DNA of 64,000 nt from Hemiscyllium ocellatum. Lineage: Eukaryota. A program made the position numbers and the translations under genes. A model generated the notes under the pieces. That model ran no database searches, was not told the origin of the DNA, and saw only the letters and a program-made list of their open reading frames with translations. Shown here piece after piece: positions 1-11,852 of the stretch (positions are counted from its first letter, which is position 1; each line of letters starts with the position of its first letter). The stretch spans positions 248,001-312,000 of the forward strand of contig NC_083446.1 in assembly GCF_020745735.1 (NCBI RefSeq), in the 5' to 3' direction.

Positions 1-439
1 CTCAACACTTATGGTCTGGGACTAATATAAATCTTTACTCTAAGGTAACAAAGCTCATTGTGTATCCTTCCCTTACACAGTATCCCATTTCAAGGACTTC
101 ACAGAACTGCTCAAAAGTCAAAGTAAAAACTGAGACACAAAAGTGTCCCTCGTTAAGCTATGTGTGTCTTCCCTAAAGCTAAAATACCCAAGTTCCAGAA
201 TACTCTGACAAACATACTGTTATTTATCTTATTGGATCACTAAATGATTGAAAATAAGCATAAAGTTTCATAATTGGTATATTAAACCAAACACTGTAAA
301 GTGGAGTTTCAAAAACTGTTTTTAAATGAAATCTCCATTGCTACAAAATGGCTGCAAGTAAATTATTAACTTTAGACAGACAGAAAACCCACTGGTTACT
401 AACTCAAAAACAAGAAATCTAGTTACAGCACACACCATC

Positions 440-850
440 TTGTACAAAGCAGCCTGTTTGATTGACACCATATCCATAAACATATGGTGCTTGGAGCAGC
501 AGTATGTACCACCAGATGCACTACAGAAATTCACTAAGGCTCCATAGGAAGCACCTTCCAAACCTAGAGCTACTACCATCTAGAAGGACATGGGTTGCAA
601 ATAAACTTGCAAAACCTGTGCAAGTTCCCCTCCAAGCCACTCACCATAGTGACTGGGAAATATTCACTGTTTCTTCAGTGTCACTGGATCAAAATCCTGG
701 AACTCTCTCCCTTATAGCACTGGGAGTGTCCCTCCATGAAACACATGGCAATAAGTTCAAGAAGGCAACTCACCACCATCTTTCTCAGGGCAACACAGGA
801 TGGCGGTAAATACTGGCCCAGCCAGTACACATGGTGTTTTTTTAATAAAA
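440..850 (+). mobile_element. 3' end fragment of a non-LTR retrotransposon (CR1/L2-superclade, family B in this window)
   Basis: Similar to 18350-18745 (atgcactacagaaattcac...ttcaagaaggcaactcaccaccatc...ggcccagccag) and ends in an A/T-rich tail. Confidence 0.7.
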
Positions 851-2703
851 TCATCAGTATTTGCACCAATAAAGACAGAGAATTAAAATTATATTTTAAT
901 TGGAGAACCTCTCTTAAGCCTTACACCTTAAGACATTCCACTGTTCAGGTCAAACGGCTCCTCTTGTGGAGCGGTCTGCATTATCTAGATTGAAAATGTG
1001 GTGTGTAGTTAGCTTTACAACAAATTGCCTGTTTGGAGAGAGAGATTAGATAGGTAACGTCTGCATCGAGCTTCTGGCAGTTCACCAATTCTTCAGAGTT
1101 TTAAAATGAAATTCACCACAAACATAAATTGGGATAAGGAAAATAAACTTGCCAAAATTCAAATATTTGTGAATATCTAAACTCCCCTGTGGTGCATCAT
1201 TTTTAGTTTCTGTCGTGAGACAGAGCACTGACCTTTCCCCTGACATCTGGTCAATCTCAGAATCAGGAAAGGGGTCATAGAGCAAAGGTCAACACTATAC
1301 ACAAATAGCGATCTATTATTGTACAGCTCTTTGTAAATCAGCTCCAAGTAACAGCAGCTATTTCTACCCAGTTGGCTGAGTACCAGCTTGAAGCTCCAGA
1401 GTAACGTAGTCACAGGCTTTGCAGTCCTGCCTGCCTCCTGACATTGATTCAAGGTTGCTGTTATACATTTGTAACGACCCACACAGTTAAATAGTCCAAT
1501 TCATGAAGACCCAATGTGTCACACACCTCAAACAGCTGCCAAATCCCTTCTCCCTGGCACCTCTTTCCTTCCTCCCCTTCTCTCCACCATCATCATCGCT
1601 CTCTCTTTCACACTGCCCACCTTTCCTCCACACACACAACCCCCTATCTCCTCTGTCCCTGAGTGAGTCGATGTCAGTCCCACAGCGGGGGCTGGCTGTT
1701 TGCTGCCGGAGAGAGAAGACGGTGTGTCCTTACGGGATCTGATGCTGACCGTTGCTTTAAACGATGCTTCGAAGTGCTCGACACATGTCACTCTGCTCTG
1801 TCACATGGGGTGTGCGCCAATGCTCCTCCTGCTTCCTCTCAGACAGAGGGGTGTCCGTCTCCTCTGGCTGCTGCTGTCTGCCTGGAGCTCCGCACTGTCA
1901 CTGTATCCCCCTGCGGTGAGTTCATTGGGACAGGGGACAAAGCCGAGAGAGCAGCCTGGAAAGGCTGGCACTGGGACCGGCACCAGGCTCGGGGCTCGGC
2001 ATGATGTGGACCGAGCGGCTGCATGCTCCACACTTTCAGGCAGATCGACTGCAGGGGCTTTGGGGAGGGGAGGGCAGGAGAGAGAGATGAGTTCCTCAAG
2101 TCCTGGGGCCAGTTCACCCGAATCTGTGTGGACCCTATGCTGGCTGGGTGCTGGGTGGCTGGGTGGCTGGGTGCTGGGTGCTCCGAGCTGGTTAGGGCAC
2201 CCACTTTGTTGGGGCAGTTTGTGGGTGGTGTCTGTGTGTGTGTGGGGGGGGGGGGATCGGTCCCTGGGGCAGACAGGGAACCATAAATACCATCACATGC
2301 ACAAGAGCTGCTCCTTTTCATTCTGCTGTCTTTGTCTCTCTCTCTCTCTCTCTCTTTCTCTTCCTGTCTCATTGTTTTGCAGAAAAGAAAGTTTCAGTTT
2401 TGAGTGGTTTGGGCTCAACGCTTTCTGTTTGTGGCTCTGTCTCTCTGTCTCTCTCTCTCTCTGAGTACCCCGGGCACCCACTCTGTGTCTCCACTCTGTC
2501 CCAATCCCTCCCACCGGACCTCATTCATCAATACAGACCCAACAGCTCTGTCCAATCTTCACTGACCGACTGACTTCCTCTTTCAAACCAGTCGCTTTGT
2601 TTCTCTCACCTCGGAAGCCAGTTTCCCGAAAGTCAAAGCTGTCTTTAACCTGTACACCGCTACACTGTCACAACAGACCAGATGTGGGAAGGTCCAAATC
2701 AAA

Positions 2704-3550
2704 CCCCGGGGACAGAGACCCCCCTCTTCCCCAAAACACCCCTCCCACTGACCCCCGGGACAGACCCCCTCTTCCCCAAACCACCCTCACCCAGTCCCCA
2801 GGACAGACCCCCTCTTCCCCAAAACACCCCTCCCACTGACCCCTGGGACAGACCCCCTCTTCCCCAAAACACCCCTCCCACTGACCCCCAGAACAGACCC
2901 CCCTTCCCCAAACCTCCCCTCCCACTGACCCCCAGGACAGACCCCCTCTTCCCCAAACCACCCCTCCCACTGACCCCCAGAACAGACCCCCTCTTCCCCA
3001 AAACACCCCTCCCACTGACCCCCAGAACAGACCCCCCCTTCCCCAAACCACCCTCATCCGGTCCCCAGGACAGACCCCCTCTTCCCCAAAACACCCCTCC
3101 CACTGACCCCCAGAACAGACCCCCCCTTCCCCAAACCACCCTCACCCGGTCCCCAGGACAGACCCCCCCTTCCCCAAACCACCCCTCCCACTGACCCCCA
3201 GAACAGACCCCCTCTTCCCCAAAACACCCCTCCCACTGACCCCCAGAACAGATCCCCTCTTCCCCAAAATACCCCTCCCACTGCCCCCAGGACAGACCCC
3301 CTCTTCCCCAAACCTCCCCTCACTCTGCCCCCAGTCAGACCCCCTCTTCCCCAGGGACAGACCCCCTCTTCCCCAAACCACCCCTCCCACTGATCCTGGA
3401 CAGATCCCCTCTTCCCAAACCCCCTCCCACACTGCCCCCAACTCCCACCATTCCCCCACAGCCCCACCCCGTACAGATCCCCCACTGACCCCCAGGACAG
3501 ACCCCCGCATCCCCAAACACCACACCTCCATTGCCCCCAGGACAGACCAA
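2704..3550. repeat. C-rich ~44-bp minisatellite (CCCCAGGACAGACCCCCTCTTCCCCAAAACACCCCTCCCACTGA)n, ~19 copies
   Basis: Direct periodicity; explains the P-rich and G-rich ORFs at 2597-3633. Confidence 0.95.
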
Positions 3551-3904
3551 GGGTTCAACTTGATACCAGGGTTGGAATATGAGTTTGTCTGCTCGGGTTT
3601 ACAATGTCTCTCAGCACGTGCCATATTTATCAAATACCTTTTTATATTATAATCATTACATCATTAACAAGGGCGGGAGTAGGCCATTTAGCCCCTTAAG
3701 CCTGCTCTGCATTTCATCAACAAGACCTTTACCCCAAAAAAATCTTAAATCCCTTGGCAGTCAAATGTTTCTCGCTCAGCCTGAATAAATCACATGACCT
3801 GCCACCACTGCTGGTCTAAGCAAGTATTATTACAATGAAGCTTCCCCCAACACTTTTCAAAAGACTATTTAAAACAATGTCTGGGAACCCAGGCACAGAA
3901 CAAA

Positions 3905-4170
3905 ATATAGGGTTTGATTGAGGTGACAGAGATAGGGAGGGGGTGTATGGGCTGGAGAAGCATACAGAAATCGGGAGGGGGTGTAGGGCTGGAGGAGGTG
4001 ACAGAGATACGGAGGGCTGTAGGATTTGGAGGAGGGTAGAGAGATAGGGAAAGAGTGGAGGGGCTGGATGGGGTGACAGAGATAGGGAGGGGTATAGGTG
4101 CTGGAGGCGGTGACATATATAATAGGGATAGGGTGTAAGGATTGGAGGAGGTGACTGAGATTGAATGGTG
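3905..4170. repeat. Degenerate ~50-bp purine-rich tandem repeat
   Basis: Recurring ggtgacagagatagggagggg...gggctggagg units. Confidence 0.7.
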
Positions 4171-5020
4171 GGTTGCAGGGGGCCGGAGGTATCACTGACG
4201 TTGGGCATGTTGTTGAGGCTAAGAACATGGATGAGAAATTTAAAATCATCACATTGCTTGCCTGGTAGATAATGTGGTGAGCAAGTACTGGAGTGATTGA
4301 TGAACTGAATATGTTGTGAGATAATACATAAATTGTATAGTTGTACTGACCTCAAATTGATGTAAGGTTGTATTTCAGAGATCATCCAGGGTGTGTGTTA
4401 GAATAGAGGATTGTTGAAGAAACAAAATGTGGTGAGACATTGCTGTGTCCGTGTGATGTTCTGAAGGTGGGAAAAGAAGATCTTAGTGACACCCAAATAT
4501 AACATCATGTCAGGGTCAAGGGTAACATTGAGGTGGGAAACAAATTGGCTTCACCTCAGACTGTTGCCAGGAAGAGGAATGAAACCAGTAGTAGGCAATG
4601 AGATATGGAATAGGGACCGAAAATAATGTTTGCAGAATTCCCAACATTAACTGGAAGGAATTTCTGCTCATCCAGTTCAAGACGTCAGATAACGAATCTG
4701 CTAATTTAATAACAGTGGGAGAGTCGAGAGAGAGGTGGTGGTGAGGTCAAGATGGGAATCATGGGAAAAAAAACCACCATGACTTCAGATAATATCATGG
4801 AGAGACAGTACGTTGGTAAGAAATAGGAGCCAAGATCAGATGCTTGGAGGGACACCAAGGATAGTAAAAGGGAGCAGGAGGAGATGCCATGGCTGTGATT
4901 CTCTGGCTGCAGTTAGATAACAAGGGAACTGACCAAGAGCTGTCCCATCCAGGTGGACAACAGTGGACAGAGGTTGCAGGATAATGACATGATTGTCTGT
5001 GTCACAGGCTGCAGACATAA
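4170..5020 (-). mobile_element. Decayed L2-like LINE fragment
   Basis: Minus-strand remnant GVPPS resembling the RT GVPQGS motif at ~4840-4860; the rest is degraded and the assignment is tentative. Confidence 0.45.
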
Positions 5021-5024
5021 CAAG

Positions 5025-5400
5025 TACCAGGGATTGTAATATCTCAGCCCTGCATACCTGGGATTACAATATCACTGTGTATCAGGGACTGTAATATCTC
5101 AGCCCTAATTACCGGGGATTATAATATCACTGTGTACCAGGGACTGTAATATCTCAGCCCTGATTACCTAGGATTACAATATCTCAGCCCCGATTACTTG
5201 GGATTACAATATCACTCTGTACCAAGGATTGTAATATCCCAGCCCTGTGTACCTGAGATTACAATATCTCTGTGTACCACTCTGTATTAGGGATTGTAAT
5301 ATTCAGCCATGCTGGGATTACAATATCACTCTATCAGTGGTTGCAATATTGCATCCCTGTATACCTGGGATTACAATATCACTCTGTACTCATAGGGACT
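5025..5400. repeat. Degenerate 27-31 bp tandem repeat (GGGATTACAATATC core); related copies at ~7570-7850
   Basis: Repeated gggatt(a/g)caatatc(tcagccc/actgtgt) motif. Confidence 0.8.
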
Positions 5401-6029
5401 TGAAGCTCTTGACCATCTCCACCTCAGCACCATTGATACAGACAGGGGCATGACCTCCACTCCACTTCCTGGAGTCAATGTCCAACTCCTTCATTTTGCT
5501 GATATTAAGGGAAAGGCCTTATACCATACCACTAAGCTCTTTACCTCTTTCCTGTACTCTGTCTCATCGCTGTTTGTGATCTGAACCATTATAGTGGTGT
5601 CATCAGCAAATTTTTAAATGGAGTTAGAGCAGAATTTGGTCACACAGTTATATAGTGTATATGAAGTGTCGTAGGGCTGAGTAGGTTTGTGAAGGTTGCA
5701 TCTGCATCCTGTGTAGGTCAGGGTCACCTGACTTGAATGGTTCTGGGGTAGAGTGGTGCTGGAAAAGCACAGCAGTTCAGGCAGCATCTGAGGAGCAGGT
5801 CTGAATGGTTCAGACCTGGACTTCAATAGGGAGTGGATCTCCGGGTTCATCTAGGTTCCTAGTTGGGGAACACTTGGATTAACATCTTTGACATGCAGTC
5901 CTCTACGGACTTACTGATGAAGTGGCGCACTCATTTAGGCTGGCTGCTGAGTTCTTGAATATGGAACAGTCCACCAATTCCATACCTGGATTTACAATAT
6001 TACTATAAACCAGGGGATATAATATGTCA

Positions 6030-7380
6030 GAAGGGAGAAAGTGAGGACTGCAGATGCGGAGATCAGAGTCAAGAGTGTGGTGCTGGAAAAGCACAGCCAG
6101 TCAGGCAGCATCTGAGGAGCAGGAAAATCAACATTTCGGGCAAAAGCCCTTCACCAGGAATGAGGCTTGTGGGTCAGGGCTGAGAGATAAATGAAGGGGG
6201 TTGGGGTTTGGTGGAAGATGATGATAGGCGGATGAAGGTAAGGGAGAAGGTAATAGGTCAGAGGGGGGAGGGATGGACAGGTCCGGAGGGTGATGCTGAG
6301 TTGAAAGCTTGGGACTGTGATAATGGGGGGGAGGGGAAATGAGGTAGCTGTTGAAATCCACATTTATGCCATGTGTCCCAAGACGGAATATGAGGCGTTC
6401 CTTCTCCAGGCGTTGGGTGGTAATGGTTTGGCAGTGCAGCATGTCCTTGATGGAGGGGGAGGGGGAGTGGGGTTGGTGGGTGGGAGTGTGCCAGAGATGT
6501 TTTCTGGAACGATCTGCAAGAAGGCATCCTGTCTCTCCAATGTAGAGGAAACCACACCAGGTGCAATGGATACAGTAAATGACATTGGTAGAGGTACAGG
6601 GAAATTTCTGACGGATGTGGAAGGATCCCTTGGGGCCTTGGACGGAGGTGAGGGGAGTGGTGTGGGCGCAGGTTTTGCACTTCCTGCGGTGACAGGAAAG
6701 GTGCCAGGAGTGAGATGTGGGCTGGTGGGGGCGTGAACCTGACGAGGGAGTCGCGGAGGGAATAGCCTTTTTGGAACGCTGATAGGGGTGGGGAGGGAAA
6801 CATGTCTGTGGTGGCGGAGTCCATTTGGAGGTGGCAGTAGTGGCGGAGGATGATGCGTTGTATGCGGAGGTTGGTGGGATGGAAGGTGAGGACTGGGAGG
6901 TGTTCTGTCCTTGTGACAGGAGGGGTGTGGTTCGAGGGCGGCGGTGCATGAAGTGGAGGAGATACACTGGAGGGCATCATCAACCACGAGGGAAGGGAAG
7001 TTGTGATCGTGGGGAAGAAGGAGGCAGTCTGGTACCATCTGAGGTGGAATTGGTCATCCTGGGAACAGGTGCAGCGGAGGCGAAGAAATTGGGAATAAGG
7101 GATGGCATTTTTACAGGAGGTGAGGAGGTGTAGTCTAGGTAGCTGTGGGAGTCAGTGGGCTTGTAGTAGATGTCTATGGTTACTCAGTCGTCAGAGACAG
7201 TGATGGAGAGGTCCAGGAAGGGGAGGGAGGTTTCTGAGATGGTCCAGGTGAATTTGAGTTTGGGCTGGAAGATGTTGGTAAAATTGATGAACTGTTCAAC
7301 CTCCTTGTGAGAGCATGAGGGGGTGCTGATACAGTTATCGATGTAGTGGAGGGACAGGTGTGGGAGGGTCCCGGTATAAT
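6030..7380 (-). mobile_element. Penelope-like retroelement (PLE), 5'-truncated and decayed: RT C-terminus plus GIY-YIG endonuclease
   Basis: ORF 7184-7384 has YIDN...FINF...KFT...LPFLD (PLE RT). ORF 6128-6967 has CKTC...TSTNVIYCIHC...LYIGET (GIY-YIG). Degenerate hammerhead core at 6128-6161. Confidence 0.9.
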
Positions 7381-8094
7381 GCAATATAATATGTCAGATC
7401 TGCATACCTAGAATTATATCTCAGCAGGTCTCATTCTGTATCAGGGATTATATTTCAGCAGGTCTGGCAGCATCTGTGGAGAGAAAGTAGAGCTAATATT
7501 TTGGGTCCAATGTGGACCTGATCTACTGAATTTCTCCAGCAATTTCTATTTTTGTTTCAGATATCTTTGTTTCCCTTTGTAATATTTCAGTGTCTGCATA
7601 CCTGGGGTTGTCATATGACAATGTGCCGAAGGTTTGTAATATCTCCACTATGTGTACCAGTGTTGCAATATTTCGGCTCAGTCCCAGTCCTGGGATTGTA
7701 ATATTGTCATGTACCAGAGTTGTAGTATCTCGGCTCAGCATACATGGGATTGTAAGGTAAGCCTGCATTTCATGGGATGGTAATATCTTGGCTGCGTGCA
7801 GCAGAAGTCATGATATCTTAGCCCTGTGAGTTTTGGGTTTGTAATATCTCAATTATCCACAACTGCTGACTTATCTTCAGGTGAGCTGATTCAAATCAGG
7901 GAAGTGTGAAGCTAGACCTCTTTACAGCTGATCAGAAAATAAACTCTTAAAAGGGCGTGAAAGGCTTAATGAAGCAAAGTGCCTGAAACACCACCTTGAC
8001 ATCATGTGGGCTGACTGGGAGACTAGCTGAGGATCTGAGCGGTATCCCCAGTACCTGAGCCTTTCTACAATCTGGGTAACAATGTCTATTATGA

Positions 8095-8304
8095 ATGTCT
8101 ATCATTCAAAGAACTTCAGCTTGCTCAAAACAAAAGCCTCTTCCAGTTAGACTATCAGGAGATTTTCCTCCAACACACGAGAAAGGCCGGTCCTGTAGTT
8201 ACCAACTGGAAAAGAGAATAGTGATAGCAAACCTGCTGGATAGTTCATACAACGCAACGAGCAGGAATGAGGATTCACCTTCCCCTATTCTACAGTCGCA
8301 AAAA
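8095..8304 (+). other. Candidate upstream exon (possibly of the LBH-domain gene)
   Basis: Unique non-repeat island with open frame MSIIQRTS...SPILQSQK ending at a perfect donor AAA|GTAAGT; no recognisable homology. Confidence 0.3.
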
Positions 8305-8849
8305 GTAAGTGGTATTGCTGGCAGCTCAGACCTTAGTCTCTCTTTGCCTCATAGCTCAGGGACATTTGAAGTCAAACATTCTTTTCACATTCAATTTAAC
8401 TTTCCCACATAACATGCTGCAAGTGATGCTCTGGACTTTACAAGTTCCTACAACCCTGATATTTTAGAAAAGGACTTGCCTTTTATATAGGATCTTTTAC
8501 ACCCTAGAGATTTTCCCAAAGTTCTCGCCATTTTTATATGTGATTATTATTGTAATGACAAAAACCACAAGTAATGACTGCAGAGCAAGCTCACAAAACA
8601 GCACAATGACTCTGAGAATCTTATAACAAGGAAGCCATCTGCAGCATTTTTTGTCTCTTTCACCACAGTATGTCAGTGCTGTGCATTTGAGAAACCTCTC
8701 TGAATAGTTACCCCACCTGCTTTTTCAAATGGCCATACAATTAACTTGGTTTCTATCAATGCAGTTTGTGAGACAGGTTCCAGGATAAAATTAATTCTCT
8801 GATAATGCAGCATTCCCTCAGCACTTAAAGTACAAACATTCACCAGTCT

Positions 8850-11685
8850 GACAGTGCCCACTCCCTCAGTACTTACCCTACACAGTGTGGTGGTCCCTCA
8901 GCACTGACCCTCCGACAGTGCCCACTCCCTCAGCACTGACCCACCGACAGTGCGGCACTCTCCCTCAGCGCCAACCCTCTGACAGTGCGGCACTCCCTCA
9001 GCACTGACCCTCCGACAGTGCGGCGCTCCCTCAGCACTGACCCTCCGACAGTGCGCCACGCCCTCAGCACTGACCCTCCGACAGTGCCCACTCCCTCAGC
9101 ACTGACCCTCCGACAGTGCGGCACTCCCTCAGCACTGACCCTCCGACAATGCGGCACTCCCTCAACACTGACCCTCCGACAGTGCAGCACTCCCACAGCA
9201 CTGACCCTCCGATAGTGCAGCACTCCCTCGGCACTGACCCTCCAACAGTGCGGCTCACCCTCAGCACTGACCTTCCGACAGTGCAGCACTCCCTCAGCCC
9301 TGACCTTCCGACAGTGCAGCACTCCCTCAGCGCCGACCCTCTGACAGTGTGGCACACCCTCAGCACTGACCCTCTGACAGTGCAGTGCTCCCTCAGCACT
9401 GACCCTCTGACAGTGCGGCACGCCCTCAGCACTGACCCTCTGACAGTGCAGCGCTCCCTCAGCACTGACCCTCTGACAGTGCGGCACTCCCTCAGCACTG
9501 ACCCTCTGACAGTGCGGCTCGCCCTCAGCAGTGACCCTCCGACAGTGTCCACTCCCTCAGCACTGACCCTCTGACAGTGTGGTGCTCCCTCAGCACTGAC
9601 CCTCCGACAGTGTGGTGCTCCCTCAGCACTGACCCTCCGACAGTGCAGCACTCCCTCAGCACTGACCCTCTGACAATACGGCACTCCCTCAGCACTGACC
9701 CTCCGACAGTGCGGCACTCCCTCAACACTGACCCTCCGACAGTGCGGCACTCCCTCAGCACTGACCCTCCGACAGTGCGGCACTCCCTCAGCACTGACCC
9801 TCTGACAGTGCAGTGCTCCCTCAGCACTGACCCTCTGACAGTGCAGCGCTCCCTCAGCACTGACCCTCTGACAGTGCAGCGCTCCCTCAGCACTGACCCT
9901 CTGACAGTGCGGCACTCCCTCAGCACTGACCCTCTGACAGTGCGGCTCGCCCTCAGCAGTGACCCTCCGACAGTGCCCACTCCCTCAGCACTGACCCTCT
10001 GACAGTGCAGCGCTCCCTCAGCACTGACCCTCTGACAGTGCGGCACTCCCTCAGCACTGACCCTCTGACAGTGCGGCTCGCCCTCAGCAGTGACCCTCCG
10101 ACAGTGCCCACTCCCTCAGCACTGACCCTCTGACAGTGTGGTGCTCCCTCAGCACTGACCCTCCGACAGTGTGGTGCTCCCTCAGCACTGACCCTCCGAC
10201 AGTGCGGCACTCCCTCAGCACTGACCCTCTGACAATACGGCACTCCCTCAGCACTGACCCTCCGACAGTGTGGTGCTCCCTCAGCACTGACCCTCCGACA
10301 GTGCGGCACTCCCTCAGCACTGACCCTCTGACAATACGGCACTCCCTCAGCACTGACCCTCCGACAGTGCGGCACTCCCTCAGCACTGACCCTCCGACAG
10401 TGTGGCACTCCCTCAGCACTGACCCTCCGACAGTGCGGCACTCCCTCAGCGCTGACCCTCCGACAGTGCGGCACGGTGGCACAGTGGTTAGCACTGCTGT
10501 CTCACAGCGCCTGAGACCCGGGTTCAATTCCCGACTCAGGCGACTGACTGTGTGGAGTTTGCACGTTCTCCCCGTGTCTGCGTGGGTTTCCTCTGGGTGC
10601 TCCAGTTTCCTCCCACAGTCCAAAGATGTGCGGGTCAGGTGAATTGGCCATGCTAAATTGCCCGTAGTGTTAGGTAAGGGGCAAATGTAGGGGTATGGGT
10701 GGGTTGCGCTTCGGCGGGTCGGTGTGGACTTGTTGGGCCGAAGGGCCTGCTTCCACACTATAAGTAATCTAATCTAATCTAATCTAATTGCTTCAGCGCT
10801 GACCCTCCGACAATGCGGCACTCCCTCAGCACTGACCCTCCGATAGTGCAGCACTCCCTCTGCACTGACCCTCCAACAGTGCAGCTCACCCTCAGCACTG
10901 ACCTTCCAACAGTGCAGCACTCCCTCAGCCCTGATCTTCCGACAGTGCGGCACTCCCTCAGTGCCGACCCTCCGACAGTGTGGCACTCCCTCAGCACTGA
11001 CCCTCCGACAATGCGGCATTGCTTCAGCACTGACCCTCCAACAGTGCGGCTCACCCTCAGCACTGACCTTCCGACAGTGCAGCACTCCCTCAGCCCTGAC
11101 CTTCCGACAGTGCAGCACTCCCTCAGCCCTGACCTTCCGACAGTGCGGCACTCCCTCAGCGCCGACCCTCCGACAGTGTGGCACACCCTCAGCATTGACC
11201 CTCTGACATTGTGGCACACCCTCAGCACTGACCCTCCGACAGTGCGGCATTGCTTCAGCACTGACCCTCCGACAGTGCGGCACTCCCTCAGCACTGACCC
11301 TCCGACACTGCGGCACTCCCTCAGCACTGACCCTCCGACAGTGCGGCACTCCCTCAGCACTGACCCTCCGACACTGCGGCACTCCCTCAGCACTGACCCT
11401 CTGACAGTGCGGCACTCCCTCAGCACTGACCCTCCGACAGTGCAGCACTCCCTCAGCACAGACCCTCTGACAGTGCAGCACTCCCTCAGCACAGACCCTC
11501 TGACAGTGCGGCACTCCCTCAGCACTGACCCTCCGACAGTGCAGCACTCCCTCAGCACAGACCCTCTGACAGTGCGGCACTCCCTCAGCACTGACCCTCC
11601 GACAGTGCAGCACTCCCTCAGCACAGACCCTCTGACAGTGTGGTGCTCCCTCAGCACTGACCCTCTGACAGTGTGGTGCACCCTG
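8850..11685. repeat. 33-bp minisatellite (CACTCCCTCAGCACTGACCCTCCGACAGTGCGG)n, ~75 copies, interrupted by a SINE
   Basis: Direct periodicity giving 11-aa ORF repeats (EGVPHCRRVSA); occasional 30-bp variants. Confidence 0.97.
10468..10787 (+). mobile_element. HE1-like tRNA-derived V-SINE, full length
   Basis: A-box TGGCACAGTGG, B-box GGTTCAATTCC, V-domain ctgtgtggagtttgcac...gggtttcctc, CR1-type tail gggccgaagggcctg followed by (TAATC)n. Confidence 0.93.
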
Positions 11686-11852
11686 ATCATCTGGCCAGGC
11701 CGTTAGCAGACAGACAATGTGCCTGAGCCTTTCTCATTATTTTTAAAACCACAAGCAGCTGAAAAGTTGTTTCCTGTTGTTGAACAATATTGCAACGTTG
11801 GTTTACAAACCTCCTCCTCTCTCAGCAAAGATCGAGGCCTCAGCGGGGTTGG

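Noticed and set aside
1801-1803. In-frame TGA between two open stretches as selenocysteine or readthrough
   Set aside because: No recognisable selenoprotein context, SECIS or readthrough motif; coding status itself is unproven
2597-3633. Proline-rich or glycine-rich protein ORFs
   Set aside because: Translations of the 44-bp minisatellite
10468-10540. tRNA gene
   Set aside because: A and B boxes belong to the tRNA-derived head of a multi-copy SINE; no complete cloverleaf
8930-11706. Cys/His-rich repeat ORFs (PHCRRVSAEG) resembling zinc-finger or keratin-associated proteins
   Set aside because: 33-bp satellite open in multiple frames on both strands and interrupted by a SINE
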